A DNA stretch of 35,422 nucleotides from an uncultured Acidimicrobiia bacterium (GCA_964440905.1 CAYTTU010000246.1:1-35422), one strand, 5' to 3'; numbered from the stretch's first letter, positions 1 to 7,216 are shown. Translations and numbers: made by a program. Notes: generated by a model not told the origin, from the letters alone.

Positions 1-1
1 C

Positions 2-670
2 TTGCGACTCCTCGTTCTCGATGACGCCAATACCCTCGCCACCCGCGGCGCCGCCGTCATCACCGAGCATCTGACCGCCGGCGGCGACGTCGGACTCGCC
101 GGCGGATCGACCCCGGAGGCGGCATATCGAGCTCTCCGCACCGCCGAGATCGATTGGTCGCAGATCGATGCCTGGATGACTGACGAGCGACATGTGCCGC
201 TGGACCATCCCGACAACAACGCCGGCATGGCGCGCCGTGCCCTGTTCGAGCGCGTGGCGGCGCGGCTCCATCCCGTGCCGTGGGACGACGACGCCATCAC
301 CGCGGCGCACCGCTACGAGGAACACCTCGCCACTTTCCTCCCGCCCGGGGACTCGGGACCCGAGCCCTCACTGGTGATCCTGGGATTGGGCAGCGACGGC
401 CACACCGCGTCGCTCTTTCCCGACTGCCCCCAGCCGGAACCCAACAGGGACTACACCGCCATCGCGGTGCCCGGAAAGGGATGGCGGCTCACCGCCACCT
501 ACGACCTGCTCGCCCGTGCCCGGCACACCCTCTTCCTGGTGTGCGGTTCCCACAAGGCGGAGGCCCTGGCCGCGGTGCTCGCCGGCGCCCCCTTCCCGGC
601 GACCCGGGTGGCGGCGGAGGCGGCCGACGCCCTGTGGCTGGTGGACCGCGATGCGGCCGCGTTCCTGTGA
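2..670 (+). CDS. pgl: 6-phosphogluconolactonase (Pgl/NagB sugar-phosphate isomerase fold)
   Basis: 222-aa ORF with the LGLGSDGHTASLFP motif typical of Pgl. The N-terminus resembles full-length Pgl proteins. The TTG start is at the window edge, so the true start could lie upstream. Confidence 0.8.
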   Translation: MRLLVLDDANTLATRGAAVITEHLTAGGDVGLAGGSTPEAAYRALRTAEIDWSQIDAWMTDERHVPLDHPDNNAGMARRALFERVAARLHPVPWDDDAITAAHRYEEHLATFLPPGDSGPEPSLVILGLGSDGHTASLFPDCPQPEPNRDYTAIAVPGKGWRLTATYDLLARARHTLFLVCGSHKAEALAAVLAGAPFPATRVAAEAADALWLVDRDAAAFL

Positions 671-677
671 CCTCGAG

Positions 678-1064
678 TCACCGGCCCATCAGGGTCAGCA
701 GATAGCGGGCCAGGTCCGAGTCCGGATCGAGATCCGCCCCGAGGAAGGCCGCGGTCTGCACTTCGCCGGGATCGCACCGCATCTCCTCCAACCGGGCATC
801 GAGATCCCGGCCCTGCTCCTCCATGGCCAGGAGCGCCTCGGGCCACTGTTCCCGATCGCGGGTCTCGTCGAGGGTGACCTGGTCGAGCACCTCGATGAGT
901 GTCTCCAGATAGCGTGCGGTGTCGGCGGCGAGGCGGCCGCAGGTGTCGTTCTCGATGGTGGTCGACGTTCCGGGAAGACTGGTGGTGGGGCTGACGGTGC
1001 CCGAGTCGCAGGCGGCGACAGCGATAGCCACGACGGTGGCCAGGGCAAGGCGGCTGCGGATCAC
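678..1064 (-). CDS. hypothetical lipoprotein
   Basis: 128-aa ORF. N-terminal signal peptide ending in a lipobox-like AVAAC followed by DSG. No domain recognised. It lies 30 nt downstream of the last BMC-P gene on the same strand. Confidence 0.55.
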   Translation of the reverse strand: MIRSRLALATVVAIAVAACDSGTVSPTTSLPGTSTTIENDTCGRLAADTARYLETLIEVLDQVTLDETRDREQWPEALLAMEEQGRDLDARLEEMRCDPGEVQTAAFLGADLDPDSDLARYLLTLMGR

Positions 1065-1090
1065 GACGACCGAGGGTAACGCTCCCTCGG

Positions 1091-1118
1091 CCGTCAGCCG
1101 TCAGCTGTCAGCTGATCG
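1091..1118. repeat. tandem heptamer array: CCGTCAG CCGTCAG CTGTCAG CTGATCG
   Basis: Read directly from the sequence. The array spans the stop codon and last about 7 codons of the BMC-P gene at 1094..1366. Confidence 0.8.
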
Positions 1119-1366
1119 ACTATCCCGACTATCACGGCGCGAATCGGAGCGTCGGCCACACCGACCACCTGGCGAGCCCCGTTGCCCTCGTCGAGGATGA
1201 GCACCATCTCCCCTGCCCCGGCGCCCACCGAGTCCACGCAGATGAGGTAGTCGCCGCCATCCGAACCGTCGGCATCGAGGAGATCGCACATCAGCAGGCG
1301 CCGGCCGTCGTAGATCGGATGGCTGATTGTCGACACCACGGTCCCGGTCACCCGTCCCAGTTTCAC
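1094..1366 (-). CDS. BMC vertex pentamer protein (BMC-P, EutN/CcmL/PduN family), paralogue 3
   Basis: 90 aa. N-terminus MKLGRVTGTVVST plus a GAGxGExV core, both typical of the EutN/CcmL family. 4-nt overlap with the upstream BMC-P gene. Confidence 0.9.
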   Translation of the reverse strand: MKLGRVTGTVVSTISHPIYDGRRLLMCDLLDADGSDGGDYLICVDSVGAGAGEMVLILDEGNGARQVVGVADAPIRAVIVGIVDQLTADG

Positions 1367-1635
1367 GGACGCCGCTCCACCGCGTCCACGATGCCCACGA
1401 TGGCGTGGTCCACGGGCACGAATGGCTCCGGCATCGCCAGTGCTGCCTCCCGGCTGCCCACGACGTACACCAGCTCTCCGGGTCCGGCCATCGCCACTGC
1501 GTCGGCGGCCACCACCGGCCGGCCCTTGGGGCGGCGCTCCCGGTCGAGCGGCTGCACGATGAGGAAACGGACCCCCTCGAGCCCGGGGTATTTCACCGTG
1601 GCGACGACGGTCCCGATCACCTCACCCAGCTGCAT
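1363..1635 (-). CDS. BMC vertex pentamer protein (BMC-P), paralogue 2
   Basis: Internal ATG at 1635 gives 90 aa beginning MQLGEVIGTVVATV. The longer 145-aa ORF has an Arg/Trp-rich, non-protein-like extension that overlaps the upstream gene. Confidence 0.9.
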   Translation of the reverse strand: MQLGEVIGTVVATVKYPGLEGVRFLIVQPLDRERRPKGRPVVAADAVAMAGPGELVYVVGSREAALAMPEPFVPVDHAIVGIVDAVERRP

Positions 1636-2221
1636 CGAATCCCTCCCAACCGACGCGGGTGCCAAAGCGAAATCCGTCGAACAGGTTCCCGCCCATCTCG
1701 GCGTGCAGCTGCGGAATGACCACCGATCCGGCGAGCAGCGCCGGAGGCACCCGTTCCAGACCGATCGCCACCGCCGCCTCCACGTCGGACACGGTGCCAC
1801 AGAACAAGGCGTACGCCTTTCCTCCGAGGCCGTCGGCCAGGTGCAACTCGGCGAGCACCACGGTGGCCCCCTTCACCGCGGCGTCGGCTGCGGCGATGGT
1901 GGCGGCCACCGTCACGGTCTCGATCACTCCGACCGCTTCTCCATCAGGGGGGAACCGTTCACCGCGCACCGCCCCCGCGACCGCGGGATGCACGTCAGGC
2001 AGCAGCACCCGATCGACCAGCGCGGACCCGGACCGGTCGATACCTGCGGCGACCGCCTCTTCGACCGCGGCGACGTCGCCGACGACCATCACCAGGTACT
2101 TGCCGGGGTGGACCGTGCCGCCGAGGATCTCGGCCACCGGCCCCCGCTTGATCATTGCGTCGCCCGCAGCGATGCCGGCCGCGATCGAGGAGAACTCGAG
2201 GATGGCGAGAGCGGGATGCAT
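1622..2221 (-). CDS. tandem-domain BMC shell protein, PduT-like (single-layer BMC-T)
   Basis: ATG at 2221 gives 199 aa beginning MHPALAILEFSSIAAGIAAGDAMIKRG. A second BMC domain begins AVGVIETVTVAATIAAADAAVKG. The protein appears colinear with Salmonella PduT, recalled from memory. The start lies 2 nt after the aldehyde dehydrogenase stop. Confidence 0.85.
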   Translation of the reverse strand: MHPALAILEFSSIAAGIAAGDAMIKRGPVAEILGGTVHPGKYLVMVVGDVAAVEEAVAAGIDRSGSALVDRVLLPDVHPAVAGAVRGERFPPDGEAVGVIETVTVAATIAAADAAVKGATVVLAELHLADGLGGKAYALFCGTVSDVEAAVAIGLERVPPALLAGSVVIPQLHAEMGGNLFDGFRFGTRVGWEGFDAAG

Positions 2222-2222
2222 C

Positions 2223-3674
2223 TCAGACGATCCTGAGGGCGCCGACCACGGCAATACGACGTTCCCGGGTGAAGGTCAGCGGCCGGGTCATGCCGTCGCC
2301 GGAGGGGCTGGCGATGGAAAAGGAGGTGAATCCCTCGCCGCCCTGGCCGAGTCCGGCGTAGTTGGGGCCGTTGGCGATGAAGATCGACACATTGATCGAG
2401 CGCGCCATGCGGGTGATGGTCCCCACGTCGTTGGAGTGGATCGAGGCGGTGTGTCGGAACTGATGCTCGCTGCGAATCGCAAGGTCGATGGCAGCATCGA
2501 CATCGGGTACCACGGTCACCGGCATCACCGGCATCATCTGTTCGGTCCACACCAGGTTGTGGTCGTTGGGCACCACCGCCACCAGAAGACGGGGATCGCC
2601 GTCCACGTCCACCCCGGCGGCGGCGGCGATATCCCGGGCGTTCTTGCCCACCCAGGCCCTATTGATCACACCGGGCTTTCCGGGCGGGCCCATCGTCTCA
2701 AAGATCACTCGCTCCACTTTGCGCAGCTCGTGCTCTTTGAGCACATGGGCGCCATGCCGGGCCATCGCCCTGACCAGTTCGTCGGCCACCGGGCGGACGA
2801 CGATGGTGGTCTTCTCGTCGGTGCAGATCAAGTTGTTGTCGAACGACGCCCCGGCGACGATGTCGCGGGCGGCACGGTCGATGTCGGCGGTCTCATCCAC
2901 CACGGCTGGCGGGTTGCCGGGACCGGCGGTGATCGCCCTCTTGTCGGTCTTGAGCGCCTCGCGTACCACTGCCGGTCCTCCGGTCACCAACAGCACCCGC
3001 ACCTTGGGATGGTGCATCAGCTCCTGGGCGCTCTGGATGGTCGGCTCGGGAACCCCGGTGACGAGATCCGGCGGCCCCCCGGCGGCAAGGATCGCCCGGT
3101 TGAGCAGGCGGATGTTCTCCGCCGATACCCGCCGCGCCCCGGGGTGGGCATTGAACACCACCGCATTGCCGCCGCTGAGAATGGCGATGGTGTTGTTGAT
3201 GAGCGTGGCGGTGGGGTTGGTGGTGGGGGTTATCGACCCGATCACCCCGAACGGAGCGTGCTCGGTGAGCATCATGCCGCCGTCACCGGTTTCGATCAGG
3301 GGTTCGAGATCTTCTGGCCCCGGAGTGCGCGTGGCCACCAGGATGTTCTTGCGAACCTTGTCCTCGGGGCGGCCCAGGCCGGTCTCCTCGTGGGCCATCT
3401 TTGCCAGGTGCTCGGCGGAGGCGAGCATGGCGTTGCGGATCGAGGCCACGACCGCCCCCCGGATCCCGGTGCCGAGGGCGGTATAGCGGTCGTAGGCACG
3501 TTCGGCGGCGTCGACGGCCTCATTGACGGTGGCATACATCCCCTCCCCCAGGGAGGCCTCCGGCACCTCGACCGGCACCCGGGGATGGGCCGGGGCGGCG
3601 TCGGCGGTGCCGCCAAGGCGCGCTCGCACCCGGGCGATGATCTCCTGGACCTCGCGCTCCGAGGGCGTCTTCAT
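2223..3674 (-). CDS. CoA-acylating aldehyde dehydrogenase (PduP/EutE-like) with N-terminal encapsulation-peptide-like helix
   Basis: 483 aa. Core resembles the EutE/PduP family ([45 protein letters not shown]). The N-terminal segment [16 protein letters not shown] is followed by a Pro/Ala-rich linker. Confidence 0.9.
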   Translation of the reverse strand: MKTPSEREVQEIIARVRARLGGTADAAPAHPRVPVEVPEASLGEGMYATVNEAVDAAERAYDRYTALGTGIRGAVVASIRNAMLASAEHLAKMAHEETGLGRPEDKVRKNILVATRTPGPEDLEPLIETGDGGMMLTEHAPFGVIGSITPTTNPTATLINNTIAILSGGNAVVFNAHPGARRVSAENIRLLNRAILAAGGPPDLVTGVPEPTIQSAQELMHHPKVRVLLVTGGPAVVREALKTDKRAITAGPGNPPAVVDETADIDRAARDIVAGASFDNNLICTDEKTTIVVRPVADELVRAMARHGAHVLKEHELRKVERVIFETMGPPGKPGVINRAWVGKNARDIAAAAGVDVDGDPRLLVAVVPNDHNLVWTEQMMPVMPVTVVPDVDAAIDLAIRSEHQFRHTASIHSNDVGTITRMARSINVSIFIANGPNYAGLGQGGEGFTSFSIASPSGDGMTRPLTFTRERRIAVVGALRIV

Positions 3675-3675
3675 C

Positions 3676-3963
3676 TCACTTCACGTACTTCACGTCGCCG
3701 CCGACCTCCCAGGTATCGACGATGGCCATCACCACCGCGTCGCACGGCCGGTCACGGGTGGACTCGGTCTGGCGGGCCGAAGAACCGGTGGCATACATCA
3801 CGACTTCCCCGACCCCGGCCCCTACCGCGTCTGCGGCGACCACATAGGCCGAGGTGTCCGACTCATCGACATCGATCTGCCGGACGACGAGGAACTTGAG
3901 TCCCTCGAGGGTCGGCTCCTTGCGCGACGCCACCAGGGTCCCGACGACACGGCCGAGGAGCAC
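3676..3963 (-). CDS. BMC vertex pentamer protein (BMC-P), paralogue 1
   Basis: 95 aa beginning [15 protein letters not shown], with an [13 protein letters not shown] core. EutN/CcmL family. Confidence 0.9.
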   Translation of the reverse strand: MLLGRVVGTLVASRKEPTLEGLKFLVVRQIDVDESDTSAYVVAADAVGAGVGEVVMYATGSSARQTESTRDRPCDAVVMAIVDTWEVGGDVKYVK

Positions 3964-3978
3964 TCGTCCGCTCCCGGG

Positions 3979-4281
3979 TCAGGCCGACTCGGCCGCGGCC
4001 TCGTCGGCGCGACCGAGGGGCAGGACCAGGTCGATGTTGACGTGGGGACGGGCGATGACGTGCGTCGACACCACTTCGCCGACCTTCTCGGCGCCGCGAA
4101 TGCCGGCATCGATGGCGGCCTTCACCGCGGCGACGTCACCGCGAACGATCGCGGTTACGTAGCCGCCGCCGGTCTTCTCGTATGAGACGAGCTCCACCTT
4201 GGCGGCCTTCACCATCGCATCCGCTGCCTCCACCATCGCCGCGAACCCGCGGCACTCGATCATTCCCAGTGCTTCAGCCAT
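3979..4281 (-). CDS. BMC hexamer shell protein (BMC-H, PduA/EutM-like)
   Basis: 100 aa: [32 protein letters not shown]...[19 protein letters not shown]. This is a canonical single BMC domain. Confidence 0.92.
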   Translation of the reverse strand: MAEALGMIECRGFAAMVEAADAMVKAAKVELVSYEKTGGGYVTAIVRGDVAAVKAAIDAGIRGAEKVGEVVSTHVIARPHVNIDLVLPLGRADEAAAESA

Positions 4282-4329
4282 TGGTCTCCGCTCTCCCTTT
4301 CTGGTGTCCTTGCGGCGGGGCCGCCCCCG

Positions 4330-4956
4330 TCACGAAATGTCTCTGCCGGCCAGTCCCTCAAGGGCGGCGACGGCGGCGCGCCAGCCGACGTCGATGTCGC
4401 GCTCCTCGCCCCCGAGATAGACCCGCCCCAGCGATCCGAAGGATCGCACCTCGAGAACGTTTATGTTGGCCGCCTTCTCCGCCTCGTTGGCCGCCAGAGC
4501 GGCGTAACACGCCGGCTCCATCTCCAGCAGGTACAGCGTCTGGCCGGGGATGATCATCTGGCCGTGGCGCATCCGGTTGATCAACTGCGCCTGGTGGTCG
4601 TCGATGCGCCGGATGATCTGGCTCGAGGCGATGCGGGGCTTGAAGCGGTCCGTCTCGGTGGCTCCGATTTCGGCGAGGATCGCTGCCCCCGCCGCCCGGG
4701 TCTCCGCCTGCGAGGGCGAGTGGACCTCGAGCAGACCGAAGTAGCGCTCGACTATCTGCATGCCCGGCTTCACCGTGGTGGCCTTGAGGGCGACATCGGT
4801 GAGCCGGTTGATCTCGATACCCGGGGAGATCTCGACGTAGAGCGAGGCATCTCCGGCGAGTGGCAGGAAGCCCTGGGCCACCGTGCCGAGGAATGCGGCG
4901 TACTGCGGTTGGAGGCTGTCGAGGAACGAGTAGCCCCGAAGATCAATACCTGCCAC
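4330..4956 (-). CDS. tandem permuted BMC shell protein (BMC-T, CsoS1D/CcmP/HO-T2-like double-stacking type)
   Basis: 208 aa with a GTG start at 4956 preceded by GGGAGG. It contains [20 protein letters not shown]...[32 protein letters not shown] and [15 protein letters not shown]. These resemble the Haliangium BMC-T2/T3 and CsoS1D class, recalled from memory. Confidence 0.8.
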   Translation of the reverse strand: MAGIDLRGYSFLDSLQPQYAAFLGTVAQGFLPLAGDASLYVEISPGIEINRLTDVALKATTVKPGMQIVERYFGLLEVHSPSQAETRAAGAAILAEIGATETDRFKPRIASSQIIRRIDDHQAQLINRMRHGQMIIPGQTLYLLEMEPACYAALAANEAEKAANINVLEVRSFGSLGRVYLGGEERDIDVGWRAAVAALEGLAGRDIS

Positions 4957-5800
4957 TCGAAGTACCTCCCGTCACGATCTGGACCCCGGCTGAAGCCCCG
5001 ATACGGGTGGCCCCGGCCGCGATCATCTGTTTGGCGTCCTCGACACTACGGATTCCCCCGGAGGCCTTCACCCCGATCTTCGGGCCGACTGCCTCCCGCA
5101 TCAACGCCACGTCGTACACCGTGGCCCCTCCCGGGCCGAACCCGGTGGAGGTCTTCACGAAGTCCGCCTTGGCCTCGACCGCGATCTGGGAAGCGATCAC
5201 CTTCTCCTCGTCACTCAGCAGCGCGGTCTCGAGAATCACCTTGCACAATGCCCCCGCTTCGCGGCACGCCTCGCTGACCCCGGCGATGTCTTGACGGACC
5301 GTGTCGAAGAGCCCGGACTTGAGGGCTCCAACGTTGATCACCATGTCGATCTCCCGGGCTCCGTCCCGTAGGGCGCGCCGGGCCTCCATCGCCTTGATCT
5401 CAGGGGTGGACGCCCCGAGGGGGAATCCGACGACACAGCATGCCACCACCGGCGTGCCCTTGAGGGCCTCGGCGACCCGCTTCGCCCAGGTGGGGTTCAC
5501 GCACACCGACGCAAACCCGTACTCGATCGCCTCGGAGCACATTCGGTCGATCTCCGCGGCGGTGGCTTCGGGTTTGAGCATGGTGTGATCGATGAACCCG
5601 GCGAGATCCGTGGGCACATCGGCGCCGGCCCCGTTGTAGGTGACCCGGGTCGCCCCGGCGGCGAGCACCGACCGCACCTTGGGGGCCGAGTGGGCGACGC
5701 AGTCCCCAAGGCAGGTGAGGCACTCGTCCCAGGCTTCACCAGCGAGGGAGGCCAGGACCTCCCGGGTGATCGCTTCGATGAGGTCGTCGCGCTCGGTCAT
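4943..5800 (-). CDS. deoC: deoxyribose-phosphate aldolase (DERA) with N-terminal extension
   Basis: ATG at 5800 overlaps the rpiB stop (ATGA) and gives 285 aa. The DERA core includes [34 protein letters not shown] and DFVKTSTGF. About 70 extra N-terminal residues include the helix [17 protein letters not shown] and a CX2CX3C motif. Confidence 0.9.
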   Translation of the reverse strand: MTERDDLIEAITREVLASLAGEAWDECLTCLGDCVAHSAPKVRSVLAAGATRVTYNGAGADVPTDLAGFIDHTMLKPEATAAEIDRMCSEAIEYGFASVCVNPTWAKRVAEALKGTPVVACCVVGFPLGASTPEIKAMEARRALRDGAREIDMVINVGALKSGLFDTVRQDIAGVSEACREAGALCKVILETALLSDEEKVIASQIAVEAKADFVKTSTGFGPGGATVYDVALMREAVGPKIGVKASGGIRSVEDAKQMIAAGATRIGASAGVQIVTGGTSSGRY

Positions 5801-6363
5801 GCCGACACCTGGAGCCGAGGTCCGTCCAGGGCGTCGATCTTGGCGACCCGCCGAGCGTGGCGTCCCTCGCCCCACGGGGTCTCCAGCCAGGCGGTGACGA
5901 TCTCCCAGGCCAGGTTCTCCCCGATCAACCCCGCACCCAGGGTCAGGACGTTGGCGTGGTTGTGCTCCCGGGAATTGCGCGCCGACGAGACGTCGTAGCA
6001 CAGGGCCGCCCGGACTCCGACCACCTTGTTGGCCGCCATCGCCGAGCCGATCCCGGCGCCGTCGACCACGATCCCGGCAATGCAGGCGCCACTGGCCACC
6101 TGCAGGGCCACCGCGACCGCAAAGTCCGGGTAGTCGACGGGGTCTGCCGAGTCGGTCCCGCAATCGACTACAGCGTGCCCTGCCTCGCGCAACCGGAATG
6201 CGAGCCGTTCCTTGAGGCGGTAACCGCCATGATCTGCACCAATGGCGATGGCCCCCGAAGGTGCCGCCACCGGGGTCACCAGGGGTGGCGCCTGCGGGGA
6301 GGGACTGGCGACCGCATCGACGACCCGGGCGACGAGTTGGCGCACCTCGGTCTCGCTGGGCAT
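5797..6363 (-). CDS. rpiB: ribose-5-phosphate isomerase B (RpiB/LacAB family) with N-terminal extension
   Basis: ATG at 6363 gives 188 aa. The core includes [37 protein letters not shown] and [15 protein letters not shown]. The N-terminal segment [18 protein letters not shown] is followed by a Pro-rich linker. Confidence 0.9.
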   Translation of the reverse strand: MPSETEVRQLVARVVDAVASPSPQAPPLVTPVAAPSGAIAIGADHGGYRLKERLAFRLREAGHAVVDCGTDSADPVDYPDFAVAVALQVASGACIAGIVVDGAGIGSAMAANKVVGVRAALCYDVSSARNSREHNHANVLTLGAGLIGENLAWEIVTAWLETPWGEGRHARRVAKIDALDGPRLQVSA

Positions 6364-6384
6364 GTCTCGGCGCACCACCAGGCG

Positions 6385-6390
6385 ATTATC
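6385..6390 (-). promoter_or_regulatory. candidate -10 element (GATAAT on minus strand) for the BMC operon
   Basis: This is the only A/T-rich hexamer between the rpiB ATG (6363) and the heptamer arrays, and lies 22 nt upstream of the ATG. No convincing -35 element was seen. The -35 region would fall inside the first TCGGGCG units. Confidence 0.25.
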
Positions 6391-6404
6391 CCACGGCGGA
6401 CCGT

Positions 6405-6581
6405 CGCCCGACGCCCGATGCCCGATACCCGACTCCCGACGCCCGACGCCCGACGCCCGAGCCAGACCCAGAACCCGAGCCAGAACCCGAACCCGCGCCA
6501 GAACACGGGGCATTCGGGATCGGGTATCGGGAGTCGGAAGTCGGGAGTCGGGGTTCGGACTCGCCCCTCGCCCCTCGCCCC
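6405..6581. repeat. inverted heptamer arrays: 8 x NNCCCGA (6405-6460), CCAGAACCCGA-type spacer, about 7 x TCGGGNN (6513-6559), then 3 x TCGCCCC (6561-6581)
   Basis: Read directly from the sequence. The left and right arms are imperfect reverse complements with a 5/7 invariant core per unit. The minus strand of the left arm reads (GGGN4)8. Confidence 0.85.
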
Positions 6582-6587
6582 TAGATT
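6582..6587 (+). promoter_or_regulatory. candidate -10 element (TAGATT) for a leaderless HTH-gene transcript
   Basis: A TANNNT hexamer lies 7 nt upstream of the in-frame GTG at 6595, with no Shine-Dalgarno sequence between them. This pattern is typical of leaderless actinobacterial mRNAs. Confidence 0.3.
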
Positions 6588-6594
6588 TCGCCCC

Positions 6595-7173
6595 GTGGAC
6601 CCCGCCTTCACCTGGGACCAACCCAAGCCCAAGACTCCTCGGGCGCCACGCGACCCCGCCGCCGCGGCCCTCCCCCCAACCGGAGAGCGCATCACCTTGC
6701 GCGAGGCGGAGCATCGCTTCGGAGTGCCTGTGGCCACACTGCGCACCTGGGCCCGCAAAGGTGCGGTCGATGCCGTGATGACCGCCGACCAGGGTCAGCG
6801 GCAGTGGGTGGTGACCCCCGAGTCGGTGGCCCACCATCTCTCCCGGGCCGCCAAGACTGTGCCGCGACCCGGTCGAAAAGCTGCCACGAAAGGCAAGCCG
6901 ACGGGGCGGCGGGCCACCGGGCCCACCGGCGACGGGACTGCGATGCTGGTGCCCCGCGACGCCTGGGACCGCCTGATCGACCAGTTGGGGAACCTGCACG
7001 AAACGGGGCTGATGCTCGCCGAGGCACGGGAGCGCGCCGCCCGGGCCGAAACCGAGGCGGGCTTTCTGCGCGAGCGGCTCGCTGAGATCCGGACGGAGCG
7101 CGATGGGCTGCGGGCCGGCACCAGCGATGTCCCGCCAACACCGCGACGGTGGCGGAGGCTCTTCGGACGATGA
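6595..7173 (+). CDS. HTH (excisionase/MerR-like, HTH_17-type) DNA-binding protein with C-terminal coiled coil
   Basis: Only the last part of the 438-aa ORF looks protein-like. ITLREAEHRFGVPVATLRTWARKGAVDA is a helix-turn-helix segment. The C-terminal part ARERAARAETEAGFLRERLAEIRTERDGL is coiled-coil-like. The GTG at 6595 is the first plausible start, so the start is uncertain. Confidence 0.6.
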   Translation: MDPAFTWDQPKPKTPRAPRDPAAAALPPTGERITLREAEHRFGVPVATLRTWARKGAVDAVMTADQGQRQWVVTPESVAHHLSRAAKTVPRPGRKAATKGKPTGRRATGPTGDGTAMLVPRDAWDRLIDQLGNLHETGLMLAEARERAARAETEAGFLRERLAEIRTERDGLRAGTSDVPPTPRRWRRLFGR

Positions 7174-7216
7174 GTCCCGTAACGGTGGCGGAACGCAACC
7201 TGCCTAGGTTGGGACC

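Noticed and set aside
1659-3899. 746-aa plus-strand ORF, plus many other long ORFs antisense to or overlapping confident genes (for example 6692-7981, 7806-8882, 8672-9919, 9052-10677 N-terminal part, 12024-13082, 15074-16702, 22826-23725, 29772-30737, 32040-33038 and 33855-34820)
   Set aside because: Their translations are Arg/Pro/Gly/His-rich low-complexity sequence with no recognisable motifs. They lie opposite or out of frame with genes that have clear family signatures. Long spurious ORFs are expected in GC-rich DNA because stop codons are rare.
4282-4329. Small GC hairpin (CGGGGCCGCCCCG) between the BMC-T and BMC-H genes as an intra-operon attenuator
   Set aside because: The stem is short and ambiguous in very GC-rich sequence. 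It cannot be distinguished from chance without structure probing or 3'-end data.
6405-6581. Possibility that the heptamer arrays (here and elsewhere) are CRISPR arrays
   Set aside because: The units are 7 bp and directly abutting, with no spacers. Arrays are under 60 bp per block, and no cas genes are present.
5857-6594. First 246 codons of the 438-aa plus-strand ORF ending at 7173
   Set aside because: This part runs antisense through rpiB and through the heptamer arrays, and translates to low-complexity sequence. Only the HTH and coiled-coil part after about 6595 looks like a real protein.
4943-6999. Long N-terminal extensions of deoC (to 6163) and rpiB (to 6999) offered by the ORF track
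   Set aside because: The extensions are Arg/Gly/Pro-rich and overlap the upstream gene or the repeat-filled spacer. Internal ATGs at 5800 and 6363 give proteins with sensible N-termini. The 5800 ATG forms an ATGA overlap with the rpiB stop. The same logic applies to 1363-1800, 1622-2254, 20537-21721, 30676-31638, 32037-33161, 8555-9928, 14727-16514 and 18206-19534.
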